A stretch of 64,000 bases of DNA, taken from assembly GCA_030704615.1 (NCBI GenBank), contig CM060731.1:15624001-15688000 (forward strand), read 5' to 3'. The translations under genes and the position numbers were made by a program. This document shows positions 1 to 14,347 of this stretch, one piece after another (within the stretch, counting starts at the first letter, position 1; each line of letters opens with the position of its first letter). The notes under the pieces were generated by a model. It had not been told where the DNA came from, ran no database searches, and saw nothing but the letters and a program-made list of their open reading frames with translations. The DNA comes from Takakia lepidozioides (lineage: Eukaryota; Plantae; Bryophyta).

Positions 1-1787
1 TGGATGCAAGCACTGTGGCGGCCTCGCTCCCCACACTCTCGCTAGAACGGATTGCAAAATGCAAGCGAGCTGGCTCGCCCTCAGTCTTCTCTCCACCACC
101 GAGGCCTCGTCTCATATTGCTACCAAAGAAAACCCCCCCCCCCCCCATTATCCCCCAACAGTATTTGACTTCTGCCCTTTTCTCTGACACAGAAGATGAG
201 AGACTGATCAACTTTGGCAACTAGGTGCATGGATCTCCGATCCTTTGCAAATTTGAAGCTTTGTGAATGGACTCTAGAGAACGATGTGAGGTGTAGCCTT
301 GCTGTGATCAAGGTCATTCCAATAATCTATGGCATGTTAGCTAGACCTAACCTCCCCCCCTCCATTATGCTGACTAATGGCTCGGAGGGCTTGGCAGGAT
401 CTTGGGTTACTAAGCACCATGCTACATACTACCCGGAAAAACTCTGTCTTAAGCTAGTGGGCAACCTCTTCGCTGAGATGCCCTTCTAGTTCCATCTTTC
501 CAGCAAAACCACGGTTCATTTCGGGGCTTTCTGGGACAACACCACGGATTTTGACTCGGCCTCAACGGTTCATGTGCTGATGGCTTTCAAATGGGATCAA
601 GATATCATGAGCGAAAAGCCAAGCTCGACCTCCTTTTCTTAGGCCACAAAGCAGTCATTGTCAGACGGATCCTCAGATGGCGCCCCATCCTCGGGCAACT
701 TCCCATCCTCTGGAGGCTTTGCAAGGAGCATCGAGGCTCTCAAGGCAGGCTTCACCTTGGCAGACGCCATCCTCGGTTTCATTGCTGCTCCAGTTCCATC
801 GCCAGCTCCGTCCCCAAATATTCACAAGGACTCAGAGGTGGGTTCCAGCCTTAACGCAGGCTCATCCATGAAGGCCACACTATCTCGCCATCCGCCCCTT
901 CTCCATCCACTGTTGGGGGCTCATCGTCCTTGCTGCAGCCAGGTGCATCGACAGGAGGTGTAATCAATTATTCTCGGACTTCGACCTCTCCTGGGCAAAA
1001 ACCGGCATCCTCTACACCAGGATCTCGGACTCGTGAATCACTTGGCATGATGCCATCCCCTAGGAATGGCAAATCCCCTGCTGAGTCGGAGGACCTGATG
1101 TCAACTGGAAACATCTCAATCTGTGTGCGGCTAAGTCGAAGCTCCAACTGAACTTTGGTGGCTAGTCATCTTCGCTGGTTTTGTGATAGAATCCCATCAC
1201 TATCCCCCCCCTCCCCCCGCAGCTGCTTAAGAGCCATATACTTCGGCTGATTTTTATTTGGGGTGGCCTTACTCGTGGTTAGGCCTCGTGGCAATTCCCC
1301 CTCTCCCCCCAACCAAGGTTTTGGTTAGTAGTATTGTACACCCCCCCCCCCCTACTCCCTATCAGTGCTGGGTGATTCCCCATATGTCATGCCTTTATGG
1401 CCCCTAAGGAGGTTATTTTTTCTTCCTCTCTGTTCTCATTTTGACGCTCCAATAAAGTTTTTTGCAGGGCCTCAATCCCTTTCTTAAAAAAAAAAAAAAA
1501 AAATTCCTGATCAGTGGGGACCGGAGTGATGATACATTCATCTCCAAACAAGAGAGACGAGAGACTCCAGACTCCAGACCGCCAGATCTGGAGGTTTTTC
1601 TAACTCTGGTGAGGCCAAGCGAACCATGGTTACTTGGCCACGGGTAGGGCAAAGCCTTGGGGCCTTCTCTACCTGTCATTGCTATATACTTCCTCCTGCC
1701 TTGTCCTTCAAGCCATCGTCGGTGACAGGGTCTGAAGATTTGGGTAGTTCTCATTGAGGGGAGGTAGCTTTGATAGGCCTTACAAAG

Positions 1788-4725
1788 ATGGCAGGAGATG
1801 AGGAAAAGGATGTGCGAGAAGTGGCAGAAGTAGCAACTCCATCAGCAGCTGTGGAAGAAACAGAGGAGGTCAGCAAAGGGGTCGACGAGGAGGATACAGG
1901 GGCTCAGGTGGCTCCTATTGTAAAGCTGGAGGAAGTTGTCATTAGCACCGGGGAAGAGAACGAAGATGTTCTTCTTGATATGTGAGGCTGGATCTTGCTG
2001 CATCTTTCGGAATCCTTGGTGTGTGTGTCCGATCTGCTGTCTGTTCCAACCCTAAAATCCGTCCATAAGCCGCAAGTATGAATTGGGGGTTTGGAGATTT
2101 TTTTCCCCTCCTTTCACATATTACCCTGCACTGGAGGAGAGACCCGATATGATGCATCTCTTACCTGGACCGATTAGCCGGGAGATTTGAGTGGATGTTG
2201 TGTCATCCCATGATAAAGTAGGACCTTGGAGGATGGTCGGCAGGGGATTTGAATGGAAGCATTTCGTTCCGCCGAATACGCTGCTACTTGGTCATTTCCG
2301 TTCTTAACAGTTCTTTCCTTGAAAGTACAGTTATAATCTGACGCCCCGAATGTGAGTGGCGTGTGTGCAGCAAGGCCAAACTCTATCGATTCGACAAGGA
2401 CGGCACGCAGTGGAAAGAGCGGGGTGTCGGGCAAGTGAAGCTGCTAGAACACAAGCAGTCAAAGAAGATTCGCTTACTTATGCGACAAAGCAGGACCCTC
2501 AAGATCTGTGCCAACCATTTGGGTGTGTGGATCGATTCTTACAGGAAAAATGACTTGATTTGTTCTTTGGGATATAGACGATGCCCTGTCATTGTCTGGT
2601 AGAAGGATCATTGTCGCGTGCATGAAGAATGTTTAAAGCTTCGAAATAAGATCTCACAACAGACTTTTAACTGACTGACTGAATGTGGAAGCCCTAAGGT
2701 TAGGGTTTGTCGGTGTCTGTATGGATTGGGGTAGGCCCTAAAGACAAAGTGGCACTCTAAAGTGTCAGCAATACACTTTGAAAGTGGGATTGTTAAAATG
2801 TTTGTTTTGTCAATTTGCGAAAGCTTTTCCTCTCAACTTTTAAGTTCAATGCCCTCACCCGCACCCTCCTGTCAATACCTGATGCACAACCTCAGGCAAT
2901 CCCTTACATCATGGTAGTAGAAGTTAGGAGCAGTTCATTTTGCAGTGATCGAATGAGACCAGGTGTGTTTTGTGTGGCAGTGATACCATCCACCTCGTTG
3001 CAAGAGCATGCTGGAAGTGACAAGTCATGGGTTTGGCATGCCCCTGATTATTCTGATGGTGAACTTAAGGAGGAACTCTTTTGCATGCGGTTTGGCAGCA
3101 TCGAAAGTAAGTCAATTCTTTTGTATATTTGTATGCTGCGCTATTGTTGGTTCTGGGAAGGTGGAAGGGATTAGAATGGATGAATGTGCCTTGCTTCCGA
3201 CTGTGATATACGATGGCCGGGAAGCAAGGATCTTTAGAAGATCAAGGGTCTTGTAGGTTGTGTTATTGTTGGTTCCAGGAAGGTGTAAGGGATTAGAATT
3301 GATGATTATGCCTTGCTTCCAACTGTGATAAGATGGCCTGCAAGCAAGAAGCTTGAAGATCAATGACCTTGGGCATGGCTACTTTTTGTCTGTCTTGTGC
3401 CTGGTGGGATGACAACTCTGGCCAGTTTCCGTGCGGAGATTGTCTTGTCCACTAGCTCATGGCTAAAAATCGTTGAGTGCATGTGAATCTTATTTTTCTT
3501 ACCATTCACTCGCTCCAGTATGAGGTCGGGTTAGAGATATTAGCCCATAATTCTGTAGAAGGCTAGTCTCAAGCCGGCTTGAAGTTCACACTGGTGTTTG
3601 TTTAGGAGGCAACCGAGCATGGTATGTTGTTTTAGTCAGGTGATGGGTTCAGTTCTACTCCCTTGTGCATATTGATTTTTTTCATGAGAAATATGCAGAT
3701 AAGTCTCCGGAAGGTTTGTTGGTTTGGATGCACGTGTTTGCTGCTGATGAAAGGTGTGCATTAGGACCTTTATGGGAATGGGTAAGCATGCTAATGTTTG
3801 CAACGGTATGTAGACAAAGATTATTTGTTGTGAGTGTTGTAAGGTAAAAAGTGGCCATGATTTTTCTAGGTTACCTTCTGCACGGCCGGCTACTGGTTTC
3901 TTGGTGTAAAAGTGTCGGAAGATTGTGTTGGGTTTAACTGTTGAGAGTGGTGGACAAGATTGTGTCCCATCTGAAAATTAGATGCCGTTTTTACCTGCAA
4001 TCATGGTTTTTACATGAAATTTGTCAATAGGGTGTGTCCACAATGCATTCAAGGGAACTATGAACTCTTACTGGACATCGATAAAAAATCTCCCATACCT
4101 GGCTAGGCCATGTCCAGTCACTGGACACAAAATTCCTTCAACCTATTCATCACATGAACTGTGTGTACGGACTTGTTCGTCGACTTAAGTCTTATGTCGA
4201 ATGTAGACAAGGTAACAGATGCTAATCCCACTGTTTGGCGAGATTTAGTCATCTATGTGGGAGGTCTGTGTAGCTTAGGATGAATATTGTACAACTGTGA
4301 TATCCATTTGACACACCTGTGCTTAATTTTTGTCACGTGTTGTCTGCAGCTGTTGCAACAAGTGTGTGAGCCTTTCAGGCCATTTTTCTCTGCACCTGAA
4401 TTTAACACCTCCCTTTTCAGTATCTTGTAGCTCAACTGCCTCCCTGCTTTGCTACAAGTAAAACTATATGTGCAGTAATTGTCCCCTCTAATTTTTGTCC
4501 TCAACATCAGGTGCACAGAAATTCAAGACTGCGTTTGAGGAGGCCCAGGAAAAGGTGTCTGAGAAGTCGGAGGAGCATGATGAGGCTGCAGACTCAGCTG
4601 CGAAGCTCCTCAAAAACTTGAAGGTGGAGGATAAAGCAAAGAAAGAGGAGGCTGCTAATGTCACTGATCAGAAATCTAATGAGCTCACAAGTTCTAATGG
4701 GCATGAAGGCAAAAGCTTAGAGTAG
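1788..4725 (+). CDS. RANBP1: Ran-binding protein 1 (RanBD domain), 4 exons: 1788-1981, 2371-2522, 2981-3106, 4511-4725
   Basis: Spliced translation gives ...[29 protein letters not shown]|[48 protein letters not shown]|[35 protein letters not shown]|[12 protein letters not shown]. These are classic RanBP1 motifs; all introns are GT-AG with matching phases. Confidence 0.95.
3142..3371. repeat. Degenerate tandem duplication (~110-120 bp x2) in RanBP1 intron 3
   Basis: tattgttggttc..ggaaggtg.aagggattagaat..gccttgcttcc.actgtgata..gatggcc..aagcaag..gaagatcaa occurs at ~3142-3253 and ~3264-3371. Confidence 0.75.
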
Positions 4726-5588
4726 AGTTGGGATTAACTTGTGTGTGATAAGGAAGAACAAGATAAATGTATCACACGCTTGATAGCGCATGATGCACAT
4801 AGTCCATATTGCCCCCGTTGTGTAGGTTTGTTTGGAGGTTCTCTTTTTCTTGTACTACAGTCATATTCTGACATGTTAAGAAATCTATGTAGTAGTCCTG
4901 GCCTATGTGGGATCTGTTGCTCATTTCCTAAGGATGCATCTTTCCAGGTGTATTGGTTGGTGGTGCAAGGCTTTCTTTGAGCTGGTCAGTGACGGTTTGG
5001 ATGCACGTTCTTGGGAGTAGTAAAACTACTGTTCTTAGATGACACGGTTTTGTATGACTGCCTTAAACAAACTCTAACTGCCACAACTCAAAATAACATA
5101 TCTAATGGAGGAACATATCTAATGGAGGAGGTGTACACTGTAGAAGCAAGCATTTCTGCGACAATAAGCAGCTCTTTTGATCAAAACTGTCCTTGATAAC
5201 GACCAACCAAAGTTATCTGTGGTCCAGCAAGGGAGTGCATGTTGAAGTGTCCAGGAACATCATGAGCAGTTTGTCGAAATATCTCGTCACCAGCCCCAAG
5301 AAAATCTCTCCACGAGTGTTTCACAAAAGGACAGCAGGGAGGTGTGGAAGTCCGACAAATGAAAACCCAGAGGGAGCACTGAGACAGAAAGATGTGCGAG
5401 AACATACACAAGAAACAGAACAAACCCTAATAGTTGCCAAAATCACTGTAGTTGATGCTGAGCCCTAAGAATCACGACTTTAAAGAGACCTACAGGGTGT
5501 AGGGTTTTGAACTTCCGGTAGGTGCGAGATTAGGTGGTGAGGAGGGCTTTGGATTCCTGCTTCGTCGCCTCCTCTCTTTGAAATTTGA

Positions 5589-6077
<489 letters not shown>

Positions 6078-6100
6078 GGGACATTGCTCGGAATCTTTCT

Positions 6101-6125
6101 CAAAATGGTGTTATTGAACACCACC
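6101..6125 (+). other. Histone-type 3' UTR stem-loop candidate
   Basis: caaaat-GGTGTT-attg-AACACC-acc, 29 nt after the H4 stop: 6-bp stem, 4-nt loop, A-rich 5' flank, ACC 3' flank. Confidence 0.55.
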
Positions 6126-7974
6126 TTTCGTGAGCTTGTATCAACTCTGTCGACGTGTTTGAGGTGTTAGATTCTGACGGTCATACAACATTTTAAGGTG
6201 GATTTTAGTGAGAGTCTCTGACTTGGTTCACATTGATCTACGGTTTGTGGCGTTCTGTGCTTGCTTCAGTTTTGGATGTTGCCCGCGGGAGGTGTTGTTT
6301 TTGTTGATATACATTATTGCATTGATAGTAATAGATAAACCTTGTCAGTAAGAGTGCCCACAAAACAGTAAAGTAGTTGTGGACTCTGTTTCAGGCCATC
6401 TTGGCAGTGATGATATGACTGTTGATGTAAGGTCGCAGTGTAGGGTTTTGCAGATATGAGATCAGAATCCTCTGAAGCTCCCTGCTGGTAGTTTATTTAA
6501 TTGGCCTGTTAATTTGTTTCCTCAGTGCTAGATGGGGTTGCTGATTTCTCTGGGCATACTAAACATACTGTGCCTGTTAGTTTGAGATGGCTGTGACATT
6601 CGGCACTATTGGTGTTGTGGCTGTGAAGGGCAGGATTCAGGGACTTGACTATTTAGCCTCTGTCCATGTAGTACTTTGGTGCGCAGCATACTATCTGTAT
6701 TGCAATATGAAACTGGTGATCTGGATAGTGAAGGTGTTTCCACAACAGTGTCCAATCCCTTCATTTCAGTGATAAGGTGGGGGATCTATAAGCAACTGTT
6801 GACCCATTCCCCTAGGTGTCATCCATTAGAGTCATGGGCCCAACAGATCACACATGTAGTTTCTGCTTCTATAATTCATCCCTGTAGAATATGTATCTTC
6901 CCCTCTGGGCAGAATCTTTGAAAATTTATAAGAAATTTAGAAATGTGATTGGATTTGGGTTGGCACTAAAAGCTCTAGGAAAGGAAAATCTAACGTGCAA
7001 TTGTCCTTTGAAACCTCAAAGTGGCAAAGGGGTAGTTTCTAGTCCTTCTCCTTCTCTTCTGTTCTTGAGCTTCTGGCAGACTGACTATACTTTTGGTCAT
7101 TGGGTAGTGCCTCATTTCTCATCCTTCATAGTTGTATCAGGAGGTTATTTTTTCCTTGCCTTCATCCAATAATTTCTGGCCCTTCCATTGGCCATCCTCA
7201 AAAATAAAATAAAAATAGCCACCAACAATGGAAATTTCTGATACCTACGGTACATTTTGTGGAACATTGTTCTGCTGGACCGTCCGTTGTGAGCATACAT
7301 GAAGGCACCCTAAATCTGGCATATTTGATACCCTTCTGGCTCAACCATAAATATAGGTCTAGCCCATGTTAGCCAAGGGAACGAAAGGAAAGAGATGTTG
7401 GGGAGTACCTACTAAAAGCGTCCATCCATGTGGGAGGAGCCAGGCCCGCTAAAAAAGGAGTTGGTAGGGTGCTAAGAAAAAAAATGGTTGGATTTCACTC
7501 AAGCATTTCCAATGTCATGTGGAGCTTGGTGGCGGAGTAATGGTTTTGGACTTTAGCATGACATGGTAGAGGGCTGCGCTACAAACATGGTACGCAATCG
7601 CAAGAAGTCCTTCTGCCTCTCTTTCTTCCTTCACTTTATATGTCGCGGCCTTCACAGCATAATTTGCTCGTCTCATCCCGGTTATAGCTTACTCTTTGAA
7701 AAAAATGGATGGTTGGGGCAGGGTATACCAATAGGTTTGAAAACCATCTCGGATACAGGGTCTCATTAAATACATGAATTTTGTTTTGTCCGGTCCTCAA
7801 TCTTCTGGTTATGCTATCTTAAAAAATGCCAATTCCATGGTACCCAGTTATGGGATTCATCCATTTTTATTCTAGCGAGGACCGAAGATCGGAAGCTAGT
7901 TTAGCGTAGAGCAGGAATAGGGTGCTATAGTGCCATGTCATCGTCGTCGTCGATTTCTTTGAAACCTGCCCGAA

Positions 7975-10796
7975 ATGCCCAATAAGCAACGCGGGGAAGG
8001 GATGCCCCCGCGTGCTCGAGCTTCTGAAAGAGGATCAAGAGAGGGAGTCCACAATGCCTCTTCTAGTACTTCTGCGCATGTGAAGATGCTTTGTGAGGCA
8101 GACAAACTGACAGAGGCTCTACAGACTTTAAACCAAGGAGGCATTCAGATACCTATGTCTGTCTCTTGCTTAAGTGCATCAAGATGAAAGGTCTGGAAGC
8201 TGGAAAGCAGGTGCACACACACATTATCCAAAATGGATTCACGCCAAATGTTTTTCTACTCAATACCCTTGTCAACATGTACGTTAAGGGCGGGAGCATC
8301 ATGGATGCTCACCAAGCATTCAACAGAATGCCTCAACGATCTTGATCACGTGGAATATAATGTTGGCAGGATTTACCAAGCATGGGTGTGATAGGAATGA
8401 TTTTGAGACCTATGAGCAGATTATGCGCAAAGGGGTGAAACCCAACCACATCCGATTTGTTTGTGTTTGCAATGTGTGTGCAAGCCTGGAAAAGGGGAAA
8501 GAGGTCCATGGTGACATTGTCAAAGCTGGAATTGTACCATATGTCATTCATATGTCACTCACGATGGTGGGACAACTGCAATCGCAAGGTGTGGCTTTTT
8601 CTTAATGTACGATGTGAAGAAGTTTGTCCATCCTGCACATGTGGGCTCTTGGCTCCTGTTAGTACCATGATTTGATATTCTTCCTGATTATGTTTACAAG
8701 GTTCTTGGGAGAGTCAGCTCGGTCTTAGCAGGCTGTGTTTCAATCTATGCCTACTCAGCTGCACCGTGTTGGTTCTCACAGACCAATCCGACATCACCTG
8801 ACACAAGCAACACACATAAGGGGTCCTTTTGGGTTGATGGTCAAATCCTCCATGGATCATGCCACAAGGTCAAGGACATTGTGGTGAGGGATTCAATGTG
8901 GTGAGGGCACCTTCTTCGGCCTATTTCAGCCTGTTTTGCCCTCTCATGAAACCACATCTTGTTCAAGCATATTGTTAAAGACTCGACATGCATCCACCAG
9001 ACTCCCACACTTGACATACATGCTGAGAAGGGTGTTTCCCACACGGACATCTGACTCAAAGCCAGCTTCAATGATATGGGCATGGACCATCACACCTTCT
9101 AGTTGCATTTGCCGAAAGAGCTGAAATGCCTCTTCTGTGAGCATTCCATGAAATCACATCTCGCTTAGACATTTTTCAAACATCTTTCGCGCATCCACCA
9201 AACTCCCACACTTGGCATACATATGGACAAGGCTAGTTCATACATAAACATCTGATTCAAATCCAGCTCTGACAATGTGGGCATGACTGCCCTAGAGCTG
9301 CTGGGCTGGCACACCTTTTGAGGATGCAAATGAGAGTGACCTTTACGGGCTCTACACCTTCTTGTGGCATTTGCCCAAAGAGTTCAAATGCCTCTTCACC
9401 ATGCCCTTGCTCAGTACATTGCAGTCCAAGAGACCATGTCTCATTTCGGCATTTTGGCATCAAATGCCAAAATCCATGCCTTTGCACAAATCATACATTC
9501 ATCTTTTCCCTTGCTGCTAGCAACTGACAATGACAACCTAAGAAACACCCAATCACACTAGTTCCTATGCTGAATTGCGTCTACTGCTCTCTGTTATCTA
9601 ACAGGGATTCAACTTTTTGCCTCCGTTGTCCCACCATTGACTGGGTCCAACAAAGTATTCATTCCACACCTTCGCTCTGTTACCTGTTTTCGGATACTTT
9701 GCTGTTATTACATTGGCAGTATCATGTCAAAGTCACTCCAAACCATATTCACTCAACCAGCTAACTTTCAGAATTCAACATGAAAATTTAGGGCCGACTC
9801 TAACAAGAGGGAAAAACAGGGTGAAATGTGTTGAACAAGGTGCCTGAACATTAGCAGTGTCTTGTTCTATCATTTGTGCCGCTGTCGCTACTGTTTCCAG
9901 TTTACCATCTACCTAACGACCTAACTTGCATAATTCAATATGCATCTCAGGTCCGAGTCAATGTGATGATCGCAGGATATGCCCAACATAGTTGTCATAG
10001 GGAGGTCCTGCAATTATTTGAAGGAATGCAAAAGAAAGGCTTGAAGCCGGACAGTATCACCTTTATATGTGTTTTCTCTGCCTGCAGCCACACTGACCTA
10101 CTGAATGAAGGAAGATGCTACTTCGATTCCCAGAGTGAAGATCATGATATCAATCTGACAGTAAAGCACTTTGGCTGCATGGTGGACCTTCTTGGACGTG
10201 CGGGACAACTGGATGAGGCAGTGGACCTGATTAATAAAATGCCAATCAATCCAAATGTTGTGGTGTGGAAGACCTTGCTTGGTGCCTGCAGAATCCATGG
10301 CAATGTGGAGATGGCTGAATGTGTGAAAATCTATCCTCAAGTGGGATGAACATGATGCCACGACTTATGTGGTGCTATATCAAACATCCATGCTGCAGCT
10401 GGCAGGTGGGATGATACTGCAAATGTGAGAAGAATGATGAAGGTCAGAGGGGTTAGAAAGGAGCAGATGACAAGTTGCATCCAAGAATTAAGGAAATCCA
10501 TGCTGGGCTTAGAAGATTGTCTGGGCAGATGAAGGAGGCGGGGTATGTGCCTGACACACGTTTTTTATTGAATGATGTGGAGGAAAGGAATTTTCTCTTA
10601 GCCACCACAGTGAGAAGCTGGCCATTGGTTTTGGGCTGATCAGCACGACTCATCAAGAATCTTCGAGTGTGTGGAGACTGCCACACCTCCACCAAATTCA
10701 TCTCAAAGATTGTTGGCCGAGCAATTGTTGTATGGGACGCTAACTACTTTCCACCACTTTGAAGATGGGATTTGTTCTTGTGGTGATTACTGGTGA
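7975..10796 (+). pseudogene. PLS-class PPR-E-DYW RNA-editing-factor pseudogene (frameshifted; middle segment inverted)
   Basis: PPR motifs on + at ~8170-8550 and ~9950-10350 (MIAGYAQH, KPDSITFICVFSACSH, HFGCMVDLLGRAG, VWKTLLGACRIHGN). DYW motifs [22 protein letters not shown] and GICSCGDYW-stop end at 10796. Many frameshifts and stops. Confidence 0.88.
8935..9500 (-). pseudogene. Degenerate PLS PPR motifs on the opposite strand
   Basis: EEAFQLFRQMQLEG, HAHIIEAGFESDVRVGNTLLSMYVKCGSLVDACRVFNNM, GHGEEAFELFGQMPQEGVEP. Confidence 0.8.
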
Positions 10797-12613
10797 AAGG
10801 ATGTTTTCTTGGAAAGATGCTAGTGTCTTGCTTCATTCATTGATCTGTGTAGCTACTCAGACCATCCACCATTTCCTGATAGTGGGGTCTACCCGGCATA
10901 GGTAGGAAGTCAGCCCACAATTGCACTTGACTGAAGGGGTGATTTTTGACTAATTCTGGTGACAATGGATGGAAATCAGAGTGCTGTCCTACTTCTGGGT
11001 TTGGGTGGTGGAGCTTCTCCAAAGCTTGAAGATGGAAGTGAATATGAATTTTAATGAGCTTGATGAGAGGGGCAGCCCTGTGCACAAGTTTGTTCAGCAT
11101 CTTAAATTTGGACATGTTTGTTTGTTTCTCGTGGTGTGGCTTTGGATGGAGCCCTTGAGGAACTTACATGAATATTGTCAAAAGCTAGCGTTAACCCACC
11201 AAGATCCAATCCCACGGTGGATGCTTGAAAGTTCATATAGTGAATGTAAGGGTATTTGGGTATGTTGATATTGATTGATGCGGCTTGTGAAAATTGAACA
11301 TTGAAATACAGATCCGCCATTTTTCTTCCAGAAAAAAACAAAACACGGGATCTCTGCATGTAACACAGTGGGGATGACCCACCATTTTTTTGTGAAAAAT
11401 TGAACGCAGTTCTCAGAATTCGTCACTAATGGTGTGGAGCAACGCGAAGCCCTAGTTTATTTTATTTTTTCTAGCATTTTCGTGTATTTGAAACTACACA
11501 AGAGTGCTTGTGGCTTGGTGGTAAGCCACTCATGTATTGGCCTGTGGGGCTGGGGTTCAAACGTTCACCCTATCATCTATCTCTCTGCCTTCCAGGCTGA
11601 GCCCCTATCATATACACTAAGTTTACAACTATTGTTTTAGCCAAATGCCCACTTAATTAATTAATTTCCTATTATATTGGACATTCTTAATGTTGTGCAC
11701 CTAATCTCCCCAACCATTGTAAACGTGTTGTTACTAATAAGACATAGCATTCCACTCAGGATCTGTCCATCTGTTATGTTCTTAACTACCATCACCATCA
11801 CCAACCCCTACCCCTATATTATCTAGAACCGTCTCTACGCCATCCACGTTCGCTCCGGATCTTCCTCGGATATAACACCCTTACAATCACGATGCCCGGT
11901 TCTCTAGCCGGTTAGGAAGCTGGATGGCTTTTGTCGGTTCCCTTCCATAGCCGGTTCCTACGGGTCTACACTTTCCAGTTATGCATATGTGCATAACCGG
12001 CAAATAACCGCCGGATATGCATGTCCAGATGCCATACCCGGCCAACATTGGTCTGGAGGAGACAATTGGCTTTTAGAGGTGTGAACTTGCTTTGAGGTTG
12101 TAGGCCAACTTGTCTTGCTTGCAAAGGTGGTGGGTGTCTCCTCAGCTACTTCATCCGGACAGTAGGTTCTTTTGGACCCACTGGCCAAACAACTGTTGCG
12201 TTGCTTCACAGCCGGTACTCCAGACAAGCATCATTTCAATCATACCCAGGCCACACATGGCATATGCGTTGCTTCAACGGAGTTCCCATAATATGGGCCA
12301 TTGGCACTCAGCAGTGTCAGGCCCTTCTAACACTGGCGGGCCGTCCGCTCAACCTAGTTTTCTAACGCAAGAGAAATTACATTGTGGAGATGGAAGTGCA
12401 TTCCGTTTCATGAATGCGGCAGCCTGGATTAGGGCACGAGAATGGGAAGGCGTCACAAGAGCAGGAAAAGGAGGAAAACACCTAATAAATTATGTACGCC
12501 AACAGGCGAATCCAACAGCCGCCTCACAGCATTGCCACAAGAGCAGGAAAAAGAGGAAAACACCTAACAAATTACGTATGCCAGCATGCGAATCCAACAG
12601 CCGCCTCACAATG

Positions 12614-13385
12614 AAGGGGGTTGATATCATATGAGCAGAGTGTGAGCACGCTCACGTGAGCACAACGTTAGCACAACCCATGCTAATGGGGGTTTTATGT
12701 TTTTAAACCGCGGTCACAAAAGTTATATGTTTTCAAAACGGAGTAAAACCATTGGTGGATGTAGAGACACAGTGCATTTATAGGGCATTTATAGGGTACA
12801 GCTGCACCAAAACGATAAACTATGTGGTCTATCATTTATGAACATTCAATACATTCTAAATCATTAAAATTTCCAGGGCAAGAGCCCATGTTCATTAATA
12901 AAATAAAATAAAAAATCATTACAAAACATATTATATAGTAAGAGAATCATTTTAATATTAAACTATTATGTGTGGTTCACCTCCAAACGAAAAACTAAAA
13001 ACATATAAAACTAATTCAACCATAATTTTGCAAAACAAACCCTAACCTAAAACCGTAAAAATATAGCATTGAGAAACCTTTAGTGATATAGCCACAAGAA
13101 TGAGAGGCGGCAGATTTCGCATTGAGAAATAACATAGCTTGAATCCAAGCATTGTGTGAATATAGCTTGAAGAGATCCCACACCTATAGGGTAACATATT
13201 TATCATGTATAGGGGTTACTTGTTTTTAAGTATTGTTGTTAGTGCCTACTCGAGCAATTGAAAATAGTTTCACAGTTATTTTAGTTTCTCAAATTTTCGT
13301 TCCTCTGTGGAATATTCTCGAGGTATCTTGGGAATATTTGGAATATGCCCTTGTGCTCACATATGCTCATGCGCTACCCAACCTG
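12614..13385 (+). mobile_element. Non-autonomous TIR element (MITE), inverted sister of 15030-15756
   Basis: 12660-12780 is the reverse complement of ~15612-15720, and 13290-13385 of ~15030-15125. GTGAGCACAA subterminal motifs at both ends. Confidence 0.65.
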
Positions 13386-14347
13386 AGAGGTTTACTGCAG
13401 ATCTTCTTTAGCCACCATGAAAAGACGAAAAGCATTCTTCGCAGCAAAACCTAACTTATTGCACTTGCTGGTTAAACTTGTTTCTAAATCTGTCGCCTTG
13501 GACTGGTGTGTCAATTTAGTCTTAGCAGGGGTATAGCATTGACAAGATTTATTGATAACCGGGTCCCTTTTTAAAGCCATGGCTGGTTACCAAAAAATCA
13601 AAAACCAAACTTGCTTGCCGGTTCTTGAAGCCCGCTGGTTATCTCAACCCCTAGCCTCTGCCGGATCCAATTATATCCGGTTATATATAACCGGTCTAAT
13701 AACTGACGGTTATAACCGGCCAAAGTTGATAACCACCCAACACTGGAAATAACTAGTGCGGTTATTTGATTTTTTATATCAGCCGTTTACGGATGTTTAG
13801 CTTTAACTTTGTGTTCACATCCTTCGGTTGCGGGGTTTTGGAGCTTTCCCGTTTCTGATATCTTTCCAATTTGCAACAAACACAAAACTTAACCCTGTGC
13901 GGTTATGGACAAATGGAGTTTATGTCAGGATGGCCTTCGGCGGTTCATTATCCGGTTATCAAACAAAATCCAAGTTTATTTTAATAATCTAAAATAACCC
14001 AAACTTAAAAATCTAAGTATTAAAAATATTAAAAAAAGTAGTTACAATTTTTGGGATAAAACATAGAAGAGTGCTCTTAGGAGGTTTTTATTTATGTTTT
14101 ATTTATTTTTTGGGTGTTGGAAACACCGGTTTTCTATTGTAGATAATAATGCAGAAAATGCAAGTGTTCATTCAAATATCAGAAATTGGGAATGCATCAT
14201 AAAATATACGAGGCGGCTCATACTCATGAGCTGGCCCTGTCTTCATTTGAAGGAGTACACATATTTATAACTTCATATTTCGAGTGAACGCAACAATCGG
14301 CTATTATCCAGATTATAACCTCCAATTTTAAATGCAGAATATAGCAA

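Noticed and set aside
15-1151. Short Pro/Ser-rich ORFs at the window start
   Set aside because: No recognisable domain; probably degenerate TE sequence.
5422-5430. Telomeric repeat AAACCCTAA
   Set aside because: Single isolated copies (at most a telo-box promoter motif); no array.
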